A stretch of 20,000 nt of DNA, taken from Mesotaenium endlicherianum. Lineage: Eukaryota. The first letter of the stretch is position 1; each line of letters opens with the position of its first letter. The translations under genes were made by a program, and so were the position numbers. A model generated the notes under the pieces. The model made no database searches. It saw only the letters and a list, made by a program, of their open reading frames with translations, and was not told the origin of the DNA. The stretch covers positions 68,367-88,366 of the forward strand of contig WELA01003228.1 in the NCBI GenBank assembly GCA_009602735.1, in the 5' to 3' direction. Shown here in pieces: positions 1 to 10,659 of the stretch.

Positions 1-733
1 AATAGACGAAGTCCCCTTTTTGGATCTGCAACATTTGCAGGTGATGGCTCCCATCCTTCGTTTTGTTAAAGCGCTGAGTGTCTCGCTTTTGAGCAATCTT
101 GAGGTTGTCAAGGGCCACTGGCATCATGTGCTTAAATAACGCCTTTCGATGCACCATCACTTCTGACAATCCTTCAGAATTGCCTAGGTTCTTCACTTGC
201 ACCACTTCAAGTTTGAAGCTGATAAGCACCACTGGACTTCTTCCAAATAGTATCTGTTAAGGCGAGTACTTTGTTGAAACGATTGCCCATAGACGGACGT
301 AGCAGGGCAAAATCCCAGTCTCTTTTGTCGGTTAACGGCACATTACTTTTATAAATTATTATAATGGTTTGCACCATTCTTCCTGTCTTCCTGCCATACC
401 TTCTGCTTGTGCAATATCTTTGAAAGTAAAAGCACTTGTCCAATAATTGCGGAAATGCTCCTTAGAACTCAGACCCTTCGTCTGCCGGCATTTATGCTGG
501 AGCTCCATGCCGTACAATCACACAATGGAAAAGTGCTTCCGTGGTTTCCACACTCTCCTTTGTGGTAAGAGATACCACTTCAATCCACTTCAAGAAATGC
601 TCAATCATGACCATGATATACTTGTTACCTTGCTTGGATAGTGGCAGCTCTCTTGTTAGATCACAACTCCAGCGACAGCCAAAATCCATGATCGGCAATG
701 GTTGCAAGTGTGGTGTTGTTGTGTTAAGCTCGC
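1..733 (-). pseudogene. Degenerate Ty3/Gypsy integrase (rve core to C-terminal region), same lineage as the PHD-bearing element at 10452-11717; runs off the left edge
   Basis: Minus-strand fragments read LQPLPIMDFGCRWSCDL..GNKYIMVMIEHFLKWIE..VRHGAPA (492-733), RMVQTI..RDWDFAL..MG.RF (207-443) and MMPVALDNLKIAQKRDTQRF..LQIQKGDFVY (~1-128). The last aligns with LMPMAIDKLSIAQHCDTLRY..LQFSAGDFVY of ORF 10660-11328. Stops and frameshifts are present. Cut at 733/734 by LTR A. Confidence 0.85.
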
Positions 734-1243
734 TGAAATGAATCGACTTATCATAGGCGATCAACTCTTAATAAAAGATCTTTATATTGACAAGTAGTCT
801 TTATGGTATTTTTTGGTTACTTAGTAATCAGCAAAAGACTCCACAACTAGCATTACAATACTCATACGTCAAATGCAAGTAAATGAGCATCAGTTACGCA
901 ATCAGTAAACTCATAGATAAGCAAGGTTAGAAGACAATTCGTATCAATGGCTTCTCGCCTTGGATCTAGATCCCTCTTAGTGAGTGGTACAAGAGAGTTG
1001 ACCTCGTTTTCAAATGCCGAACTCGGGGCATGACCTAACCTATGTACTTGGAATAAGTTTCCAGTTCAGGGGCAAGTGCAATGGCAGCGCCTACCCGAGA
1101 GTTAACCACGTTGGTAGGATCTCGACCAACTAAATCCACAGTCATCCCTCATCATCCCGAATTGCCTTCCATCTAGAGGGTGTCATCTGGCCACTCATCT
1201 AACATATCACTCTTAGATGCATAACTAGGCAATTCAATGATAC
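734..1243 (-). repeat. LTR copy A (partial) of the chromovirus family, interrupted by copy B
   Basis: Starts TGAAATGAATCGACTTATCA like 13984 and is colinear with LTRs B/C/D (e.g. GTATCAATGGCTTCTCGCCTTGGAT, GTTAACCACGTTGGTAGGA) until a new LTR start appears at 1244. Confidence 0.9.
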
Positions 1244-1329
1244 TGAAATAAATCAACTTATCAATAGACGATTAATAATTAATGAAGATCTTTATGTCAG
1301 CGAGTAATCTTTATGGTATTTTCTGTTAA

Positions 1330-1387
1330 CACTAGATGGCCCGGAGCATCAAATATGATGCAACGCACAGATTTTGATGCATTTACT
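1330..1387. repeat. piggyBac left end: TIR plus subterminal GCATCA palindrome and inverted repeat
   Basis: TIR at 1330-1342. GCATCAAATATGATGC at 1346-1361 has a near copy GCATCAAATGTGATGC at 3762-3777. CACAGATTTTGATGCATTTACT at 1366-1387. Confidence 0.88.
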
Positions 1388-1615
1388 TGCTCCCCTTGCG
1401 ACCTCTGTATCTTTCTTAGTACTTATTTGTTTTGATCAAAATTAGTCTTAGACAAGGGACTATATCGCCAAGTGTCCACAATTAAATCTACAGGTAAAAG
1501 CAACAAAACGCGTACAAGTTATTCGCATTACCGTACGGTGCTAATTTCGGTTTCGATGAAGAAAATGAACCGAAAAGAAGGCTAACAGCCTTCTTCTTCG
1601 CGAGCTTCGTCCGCC

Positions 1616-3466
1616 ATGGATGCCTCTGAATATTTGTTAGACGCACTTTTAGACGCTAAAATTTTGGTTCCCGCTGCTCACTTCGGCACTGCAAGGGCAA
1701 AAGAGAAGTTTGATGCTTATTGGGATGAGTTGTTGATAGAGGGAGTGGTGAAGAAGCGGGTGGTGGGGAAAAAGAAGTAGGGTTGTGTGTACGAGGTGTA
1801 TTTCGTCTATGATAAGAGTAAGCAGAGATTTTAAGAGTCTTTCGTGAGAGAACACCTTCGCGAAGAGTCTAAGACACTCCATGAATTTTGTGAGGGTGTG
1901 TACTCGCGGAAAGATGAGGAGGAAGAACCGGAAAAAGAAGTTGTGCAGAAAGATGACCGTAGGTCATCTTTCCAAGTGTCTGAGACCCCTTTGGTGCCTC
2001 AAGAACTAGATATAGGGCAACAAGGTTCTCAACCTAGCATAGATGATAGCCAGCTCTCATTTGAGAGAAGGAAGAGGGGTCGGCCTGTGGGGTCAAACAG
2101 GATAGCAGCTCCTTCCGTTAGGAGTAAGTTCATGTTTCAAGGGCCCCCTCTCACAACAAAAAAAGAAAAAGAGCCCATGATAGACTCTGATTCCGACCCT
2201 GAGAGCAGCAACAGCAGTTATGGGGAAGACAGGTTGTCTTCCGAGGAGGAAGAGGAGGTGCCTCTTGCTCCTACCATGCTGGAGGAGGAGGAGGAGGAAG
2301 AGAAGGAATATGAAGAAATTTGAGATTGGAAGGAGCCTGCCCGCGGAGACTCCTGCCAGGTGGACTTGCTGCAGCCTAGCACTACACATCACCATGGCTT
2401 GCAGGGCATTCCAGACAGGAGGTTTAGAGGCTTGAGCCCCTTTGGGATCTTTTGTTTGTTCATACCTATTGCATTCTTTCAGCAGTTGGTATTGGAGACA
2501 AACAATTATGCATCACTGCATCCTGTCAGAGGTTGGACTCCTGTCACATGCACGGAGATGGTTGTTTTCCATGGGCTATGCATGGCTATGGGCTTGCATG
2601 GACTACCGAGACTGAGGAGTTACTGGCAGAAGACTGTGAAAGGGCCTAGCTTTGGCAGATTCATGAGTAGGAATAGGTTCAAAGATATTAGAAGATTCTT
2701 TCATCTCAAAGATAAAAGACAAAGAACATGCTTTCCTCCAGACTCTAGAGAATACAAGCTATGGCAGCTCCAACCCTTCACAAACTTGTGCATGGAAACC
2801 TTCAGCAAGTACTACAGCCCTGGTGCAACCCTCACAGTAGATGAAAGAATCATTTCTATCCGCAACAGACAGTGTCCTATTAGAGTGTACAACTCCTCCA
2901 AACCATACAAGTATGGCATAGAAGCATTTACTATTTGTGATGCAATTACTTACTTCTGCAATGTCTTCATCATCTATGATAGGGTGAAGAAAGATGGAGC
3001 TAAAACTGATATTGTGTTAGACCTTGTAGCTATGCTCCCTGTTGGTAGGTTGTTTACACTCATCCTTGATAGAGGTTTTAGCTCACCTCACCTCTTCTCA
3101 AAGCTAGCACAACTAGGACATGGAGCCACTGGCACAGTTGTGTCCACGAGGAAAAATTATTCTAAGGCTATGTTGTATATGAAGCCTGATAGCCAGCCTA
3201 AAGGTGCTTGTCTGGCAGCTTACAATGAACACCCCCCTATGGTAGCAGCTGTTTGGAATGACAAAGCTCCTTGTGCATTTCTATCTACAGCCAAAGGGCT
3301 AGCTCCCAAAACACAAACTAGACGTAACGGAAAACAGAAACTTGTCCTTCCAGCTCTTGAGTTAGTTGAGCACTACAATTTGTATAAAGATGCTGTAGGT
3401 CAATATGATGCATACTGTTTGAAGAGGGGCTACAAAAAGTGTACATTCTTTTATAAGGTAGAATAA
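1616..3466 (+). pseudogene. piggyBac-like (DDE_Tnp_1_7-type) transposase, inactivated
   Basis: ATG at 1616 in CCGCCATGG context is in frame with ORFs 1844-2323 and 2360-3466. In-frame stops at 1778 (TAG), 1832 (TAA) and 2321 (TGA). Motifs ETNNYA, MSRNRFKDIRRFFHL, LTVDE, KPYKYG and LDRGFSS are present. YNLYKDAVGQYD has G where the third catalytic D is expected. The usual C-terminal helices and Cys-rich domain are not recognisable. Confidence 0.88.
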
Positions 3467-4099
3467 AATGTATGCTACTGCTATAAAACTTCTGAGGGCA
3501 TGAGACTCATGTGCTGATGTGACTGTATTTAATTATAATTTTTTTTTCCAAAAATAAAAATATTGCAGATTTTGCCTACGAAGAGTGAATGTTTGACTTA
3601 TTCATTTTTTATAATTAAATTTTTTTAAAAAGTTTCAAAAAGCTGTCAAAACACTTATTTGGTGTGCATGGTTTGAAGCTAGCATGACCTCTGTGCACTT
3701 CAGAAAGTGCTGCTAAGTTGAGGCAGGTACCAAAACGCTTGTTGCATCAATGTTTTTTTGCGCATCAAATGTGATGCTATTTTTCTTTGGGACCTATTGT
3801 GCACCATACTTGTTTTATGACTTTGAAACTTTGCACACCCACTTATGACCCTTATGCACACTACAGGCAAAAATCACGATCTCTTGATCACTTTCTGGTA
3901 AGAGTTATGATGCACCAAATATTGCAATTTTTTCAAGATTTTTTTGGGTTGCATTCTTTTCGATTTTTTATCCCCAAAAAAAAATCAAGTTACCAAAAAA
4001 AAATGGGATCCTCAAGATTGTGATATAAGATTTTCAAATATATGCATCACTTAAGATTTGGATTGGTATTGTGGTGGGAAAAAAATCAAGAGTAAAGGT

Positions 4100-4143
4100 A
4101 GTAGATGCATCAAAAAGTGTGTATTCTGGTGGGCCATCTAGTG
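4100..4143. repeat. piggyBac right end: subterminal inverted repeat plus TIR
   Basis: AGTAGATGCATCAAAAAGTGTG at 4100-4121, a 9-bp spacer, then GGGCCATCTAGTG at 4131-4143. Confidence 0.88.
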
Positions 4144-4919
4144 TTAACTAATTAACCAGCAAAAGACAAACGTACTAGCAGTGGACAATACTCGCAAGTC
4201 AAATGCAAGTAAACGAGCATCAATAATGCAATCAGTAAACTCATACATAAGCAAGGTTAGAAGACAGTGCGTATCAATGGCTTCTCGCCTTGGATTCAGA
4301 TATCCCTAGGTAAGCAGTACAAAAGAGTTGGCCTCGTTTTCGAATGCCGAACTCGAGACCAATACCTAGCATATGTACATGGAATGAGTTTACTGTTCAA
4401 CGGCAATAGCGATGGCACCGCCTACTCGGGAGTTAGCCACGTTGGTAGAACCTCGGCTAACCAAATCCACAGCCATCTCCCATTATCCCAAATCGCCATC
4501 CACCTTAAGGGTGTCATCTGGCCACTCATCTAGCACACCACACTTAGATGCATAGCTAGGCAATTCGCTGCTGCCGAGTACGGCAGCCAGCTGACTGTCA
4601 AAGAATGTGTCAGCAAGCTGACCCAAGTCAATAGGTTAACCTGATGGACTTCAGCCTGCTACTCTCGGTTAAGTCATTTAGCTAAGTATTAAATATCCAG
4701 CAGACTTAAATTCAGCAAACTAAATATTAACTAAAGTTCAGCAAGCTGAACTTATTTAATTATTATGTCTAAACGAATATTACATCTATCCAATCTACTG
4801 ATTTATTAAATTTCTCCAATTTAAATTATTGTCGACTCGACAACACTTCTACATTATTTACAGCTAAGTAACACACATGCAACACAACCAACTGAATCTA
4901 AAATAAAAACAACAACAAA

Positions 4920-6586
4920 CTAAGTACCAAGAGCTCGGTATTTCGGGAAGCCAGACCTGGATCCGGATTTTCTTCTCTTGTCTGATGGTACCCTGAAATT
5001 TGGAGGCTCAGACCAGGGTGAATCGAGGGGTGAACGCAGCAACTGGACAGCCTGCTCTTGCACTGTCTGCGCATTGATGGAGAGCACTCTCTCCTGTGCA
5101 GCTCTTAAACTGACAGGGACATACACTGGCATACAGGAGGGGTGCTGCATGACACGGGCTATTGGTACATGTCCTCTATGAGAGGGGGATGTTTGTTGCC
5201 CTTTGGCTGCCTCCTTGGCAGCCCTTTTGTCTGTTTTGTCTGACTGAGTGCCACCTCCTGGGGTGGGGCTTCTCCTGCTGAGACTTCCCAGCCACTGGAA
5301 ATCTGGGTCTCTCGGTGGGCTGGTATCCCTAAGCGGCTGCGAGACTGCCTATACAAAGGCCCTTTTAGTGGGGGATGTAGCGGGGGTCTATGCCTCAGCA
5401 GGACTAGACTCCTCTCCGGCGCCTTTCTTTTCTTTGTCCTCCTGATCCTCTGAGACTTCTAGAGTCTCTCTGGTCATCTCCTCCAACCGTTCCTAAGAAA
5501 AGAGTATCCCACTGACATCCCTATTTTGGGTGCAGGGGGGGGTTGCTGCCAGTTGGATCCTGACCGCATACAAGCCTTTCTTCCCTTGCTTACTTGCCCA
5601 TTTGGCATAAGCATGCTTCCCCTTAAACAAAGAATCTTTAGCCCAGGTCCTATCCTCCTGTGTCCCCTGACTCATGCAGTCCGTGACTCCATCTAGTTGT
5701 GGATCCCATGCTGCAATGTGAGGTGGCAGCACTATCTTCCCCTGCAAATCTGCCAGGAAATCGTCTTCCTCTGCTCTTTCATTTTGCTGGTCCTTCATGG
5801 TGATGGTCATCGAGCGCCAGTCAGTGGGCTGCAGAAAGAAAGCAGGATCCGTCCTCTTCAAAGTACAGGGGTACCAGTGACCTGAGAAATCCCTGGTCTC
5901 CCTTGCCAAGAACTCCCAGCTTCTTCTCTCCACCTCGTTATACATAGCCTTGAACCGGTTGTGAGAAGTGGCATCCTTGAAATTGTTTGTATTCATAGGA
6001 ATCAACCTGATGACCCTGTCTGCGCCCCAGATCCCAGGTATTGGCACCGTTTCAGATTCACCTATCTGGCCCAATGCTTTGGCCTCTCGGATTGTATACC
6101 CCACCATTTTGGTATATTCATGGTACAGTAGAACCCTTGTGCTGACTTCTATGTACTTGTCAAAACCTTGGACTGTCTCCTCTTCCCGCTGCAGTATGTC
6201 CCTCTGTGATTTATTTTGGTTCCTCTGGGCGTACTTGACGGCCTGCTCCAAAAGATCAAAGTCCTTGCCCATCACCGTCTAGCGGTAGCTTTTGATTTTC
6301 CACTGTTCCTCCTCAGCCTGCTGCTTTTGCCTCTCCTCAGCCAATCTTGCTCCTCCGCCTTCTTGGCTTCCTCTGCAGCTTTTCTGTCCTGCTCCTCCTG
6401 TCTCAACCTGGCCTGTTCTTCCTTCTCCTTCCTCTTTTGAGCCTCTCGATGGAGTCGGAGTCGCTCTCATTCTCCAGAAGAGATGGAGGATGATTTGATG
6501 TCGCCATGGAACACCTTGTACTCCGCCTGTGCCTCGTTCGCCATTCTTTTCCTCTTGAGTTCAGACAATGGAGTCATCCTGCTCAT
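4920..6586 (-). pseudogene. Accessory ORF of unknown function, copy B (disrupted)
   Basis: Starts ATG 6586 MSRMTPLSELKRKR. Fragments 5493-6275 and 4920-5150 align with the 558-aa ORF at 14745-16421. Stops near 6467, 6279 and 5493, plus frameshifts. Confidence 0.9.
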
Positions 6587-6988
6587 TCATACCACAATGG
6601 GGCTAATGTAGTCATCATATCATGCACAGGGTTGAGTACTTTGACAGGGAAGAACGTAGTAGAGGGAGTTAGGGCATGCAATACCCGGTGTAAGTAAATT
6701 GAAAGTGCGAGTGTGCTTGAGAGAGAAGTGAGTATGAGCGCAGTTGAGTGTCAAGGATGAATATGCAACGGCAATCGGCAATCGGCTAGTTTCCCACTCC
6801 CTCCAACTTAATGTTTAAGGTGGGTTGCCTGTTTCAACTGTCACTGGGCTGCCTGTCACAACTGTCACTCACTGTCAATTATTATCACTTTTTGTTACTA
6901 ATTGACACTTTATGCCACGTTTGGCCACATTTTCCTTCCAACTTAAATGGAGACAGGACCTCCTGTCACCTTCCCATGTCAACTGAAA

Positions 6989-9900
6989 TTACAGTAAGGG
7001 AGGTGTCCCAGCCTCCCAAAGGTAAAATCGTCTCAACGCCTCTTTGGCATTGGTCAAATGGTCCTTAAATTCATAGGTGTTCCCAGAGGCATCGTAACCC
7101 TTCCATCTGACCATATATTTCATGACATATTTAGATGATCGACGGAGAGAGCGAGCTTCTAAAATCTCAAAAACCTCATATTCCTCGGGGTCACCTTCCC
7201 AGACACCGGGGACCGGTCCCGGTTGGACAGGTAACCGACCTGTGAACAGTATGTCACCTTTGATATCTGGTTCCAGGATGGAGACATTAAAGATTGAGTG
7301 ACCCTTGTATTCCGCTGACATGTTCAGTTTGTAAGCATTCTGACCGACACGGCGCACCACCAAATATGGACCGACCCAAACCGGACCAAGCTTTTTCTTG
7401 ACCACACCATGCAGGTACAGGTGTTGAGAATGCGATTTGACCAAATTGCCCTTTGAAAATATCAGCTCTCAACGGTGTTAATTAGCGTATTTTTGTTCAA
7501 TTGCCTGGGCTCTGTGCTAATTGTGTTGGACTTCTGACCGTGTTTCAGCAAATTCTTGATTTAACTGGAGAGACAGCAGATTCTCAATCCCCTCAAGGTG
7601 AGTTTAAGACTCCCCTAGCACATCTGAAGGAGACTTTGGGACTCTATCCAGACTGAGTTCAAAAGGAGTCTTTCCCATTGACATGTGCACCGCACTGTTG
7701 ACCGCAGACTAAATTTGAGGCAACAGGTCATCCCAATTATCTTATTTTTGGTTAATGTATGCTCTCAGCACCTCTTGCAAAACTGACTAAAGTTCCTTGC
7801 AAGTCAAGTCGTCTCGAGAGTGCATCAGCAGGATTCAACTTCCCTGGTTTGTAGTCAATCTGGACTTGGAATTCCTCCAACATCTGGCTCCAGCGATTCA
7901 CCCTCCTCGACAGCTTGGATTTCTTCTGAAAGTGAGTCAGAGCTAGATGATCCGTAATCACCTTAAAAGCTTTACCATGTAAGTATGCTCTTCACTGTTT
8001 GAGCACATGAATGATAGCAAGCAGCTCTTTATCATGCACATAATAGTTAATTTCAACTGGGTTGAATTTCATAGACTCATACAGCACAGGGTGCCACTCC
8101 TGCCGTACCTTACCATCCTTTGTGGTTTTGTCAGCAGGCTGCAACAAAATAGCACTCATGGCAAAGTCAAAAGCATCAGTAACCACCTGCACAGGTTTGC
8201 TGGGGTCATACACGGCTAGGACTGGGGCAGATTAAAGAGCATCTTTAAGGATCTAGAAGGCAGCTTGCCGCTCTTTCCTCCACACATACCCTATGTCTTT
8301 CTTAGTAAGGTCAGCCAGTTTACTGGCCTTTGTAAAATAATTCTCAATGAATCTCCTATAGTAGTTAGCCAACCCAAGGAAGGATCTAATTTCCGAGACA
8401 GACTGTGGTACTGGTTAGTTCCTTATGGTGAGGACTTTCTTAGGATCCACACTGATGCCTTTCTTACTGACAACGTGGCCCAAGAATACTTTCCTTAAAG
8501 AAATCACACTTGCTCCTTTCAGCATTTAACTGATTTCTTCTCAGAGTGTCCATGTCTGTCTTTAAGTGCTCAGCATGCTCAGCTTCATTTTTAGACAAAA
8601 TTGAAATATCATCCAAGAATGAAAGGGGGAAGATTGCGGGGAGTGCGCCCATACACACTCACGCACTCTCACCTGTTAGTGGAAGCGTGCACGAGGACCT
8701 TTCCTAGTTGCATACACAAGGTGGAGTGGCCTGGTGGTATGCCACCCTTGCAAAAGTTAGAGGGCTACATGAGAGAGGAGTGGAAAAGAACTCACTTTAT
8801 TAAGAAAAGTCGTGTACAAGATAAGAAGGTTAGACTAGACTAGACTAGACAAGACAAGACCCCCTCTTTTATGCTTCAACTCTAAGTGTCCTCTCTAGCA
8901 AAGTACCTCCAGAACCTTCTACTATGGCTCCTTCCATGTAGGTGACCTTGTCTAGTTGGACAAGCTAGCACACTCACACGAACACAATCACCCTCTAGAA
9001 TATTCTACTACACAATCCACTAACTCCTCACGGAGTTTCTAGAAATTCCACGATCACTTTTGCACTCTACGTAATTGTACGTAGTTTTTGGAACCCTCAT
9101 GTTTCAATGTCCTACTTCCTGGACTCCAACCGACATTTTCGTCACTGGACCTGTCCTTGTCACTAAATAGAATCTGTGACATAAAAAATTCACTAAAAAC
9201 TTCCAAAATTCATAACTTTCTCAATACTTGTCAAAATGACTTGAAATAAAGGCCAAAGTTCTCTTAAAATTACACTCTATGCGTATAAAATACTAGAAGG
9301 ATACAAACTACACATTCATAACCTTACAAAGAAGACTTGCAAAAACTTATCCAAGTAAGGCCTAAAAATGTCATTCATAGCACCCATGAAGGTTGCAGGA
9401 ACATTAGTCAGTCCAAATGGCATCCGATTAAACTCATAGTGTTCATAACGTGTGCGGGAGGCAGTCTTGTGTTGATCTCTTCAGCAATTCTGATTTCATG
9501 ATAGCCACTCTTGAGATCTATCTTACTGAGCACTTTAGCACCAGACAGGGTATCAAGCAAGTCCTCGATTCTGGGTAAAACATACTTGTTCTTCACTGTA
9601 ATTCTGTTAAGAGCTCTGTAATCCACACACATTCGCATACTACTATCCTTCTTTTTAACAAATAAGATGGGTGCGCCATAAGGTGATTTACTTGGAGAAA
9701 AATGACCATTTTCCTCTAGCTCTGCAATCTGTGTTTTCAACTCTTCGCTCTCCACATAAGACAAGCCATAGGTGCATTGCCAAGGTGGCTAACTCCCAGG
9801 TAATATATCAATCTTATGGTCTACTTCCCTCTTAGGGGGTAGTCCTGGAAGCATATTAAAAAAATCAGTATACTGAGCAACAATTTTTGCAGCAGTAGAG

Positions 9901-10451
9901 TGCTCCAAAGGGCTCACCTTTTTCTCAACCACTTCTTCAAGTTAAGATGGTACCTCTTTTAGCAGCAGGCATAACATTATGTCTTCCCTCTGGTTCCAGC
10001 TTTTGATGAACTCAATTGCATTCAGCAATTTGCATCCTCCTAGAAGCCTCTTTTTTTCCTTCATTTGCCATCCATACGAGACAAGAGGAAGAGCACTGGT
10101 GGGTGCCAAGTTAGTCTGCCCATCACTGGCTCCTCTCACTTTAACTGTACCTCTGCTTTAACACACTACAAGTTGATGTCTGTTAAGCCAGGACTTGCCT
10201 AGCACGAGATCATAAAAGCAAATGTTGTGTACCTCAAATGTAAGCGTTTCAGTTAGAACTGCAATGCCGGAACCTAACTGGAACTCAATAGGATTGGTTA
10301 TAACTCCTCCCGGGATACTTGAGGCATCTCCAAGGATTATTTTTCTATTCTCATAGGTGACAGTAGGCAGCTTTAGCCGCTTAACTAAGTCCTTATGGAT
10401 AAAATTTTGTGACGCCCCTCCGTCAACAAATGCCCTCACCTTCCTACCTGC
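6989..10451 (-). pseudogene. pol: pol of copy B: protease, RT, RNase H, partial integrase, GPY/F, chromodomain
   Basis: AFVDGGASQNF..DLVLGKSWL (PR), [22 protein letters not shown] (RT), [22 protein letters not shown] (RH), WVGPY, and EEYEVFEIL..KYMVRWKGY (chromodomain). Multiple stops, a solo LTR inside RT, and a ~765-bp deletion near 7783. Confidence 0.93.
8620..9328 (-). mobile_element. Solo LTR (709 bp) of an unrelated LTR retrotransposon family
   Basis: TGAAAGG...CCTTACA termini with a 5-bp TSD AAGAA (8615-8619, 9329-9333). Removing it restores the RT sequence seen in copy D at ~19165-19190. A TATA-like CATAAAAGAGGGG (~8873) followed by AATAAA (~8801) on minus suggests the orientation. 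Confidence 0.92.
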
Positions 10452-10643
10452 TGTAGTGATTTGAGTTATAATATATTAATTTGCATATATTTTAATGCTT
10501 TTGAATATATGTTGTGCGTTACGAGGTCGAGTGCGCAACACAGATATAAGCAACACATCATAAGCAAGCAAGCTTTGTTGCAATGAAGTCTATAATACAT
10601 GTGGCTTTATAGCCAAAAAGTGAGTTAAGTCTCAAATGTTTTA
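10452..10643 (-). repeat. Putative short 3' LTR of the PHD element
   Basis: Lies between the PPT and the insertion junction and ends ..CACTACA on minus. TATAAAAG at ~10611-10604 and ATTAAA at ~10496-10491 on minus. The 5' TG is not intact and no second copy is in the window. Confidence 0.55.
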
Positions 10644-10659
10644 ATTCCCCCCCCCGCTC

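Larger units (their letters stand above)
1330..4143 (+). mobile_element. piggyBac-superfamily DNA transposon, 2814 bp, both ends present
   Basis: TTAA TSD at 1326-1329 and 4144-4147. Perfect 13-bp TIRs CACTAGATGGCCC (1330-1342) and GGGCCATCTAGTG (4131-4143). Subterminal inverted repeat 1366-1387 / 4100-4121 (19/22 match). Internal piggyBac-type transposase. Confidence 0.95.
1244..4810 (-). repeat. 3' LTR of copy B, split by the piggyBac (1244-1329 plus 4148-4810, ~750 bp)
   Basis: Starts TGAAATAAATCAACTTATC and ends GATTTATTAAA (a decayed GATTCATTACA). A decayed PPT (TTTCTCCAATTTA, 4811-4823) follows. LTR homology resumes directly after the second TTAA. Confidence 0.88.
1244..10451 (-). mobile_element. 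Ty3/Gypsy chromovirus copy B (3' LTR, accessory ORF, pol); degenerate, with nested piggyBac and solo LTR; cut just upstream of the protease active site
   Basis: Minus-strand order PR-RT-RH-IN-chromodomain, extra ORF, PPT, LTR. Colinear with copy D. Confidence 0.92.

Noticed and set aside
1330..1342. CACTA/EnSpm element suggested by the CACTA terminus
   Set aside because: The TSD is TTAA rather than 3 bp, and the transposase is piggyBac-type.
1575..1595. Hairpin AAGAAGGCT-AAC-AGCCTTCTT resembling an intrinsic terminator
   Set aside because: Eukaryotic context and a single occurrence in the transposase leader, with no supporting evidence of function.
1616..10451. Fungal RIP as the cause of C-to-T stops
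   Set aside because: Repeated copies C and D remain open and CpA-rich. Sporadic transitions fit ordinary methyl-cytosine deamination with age.
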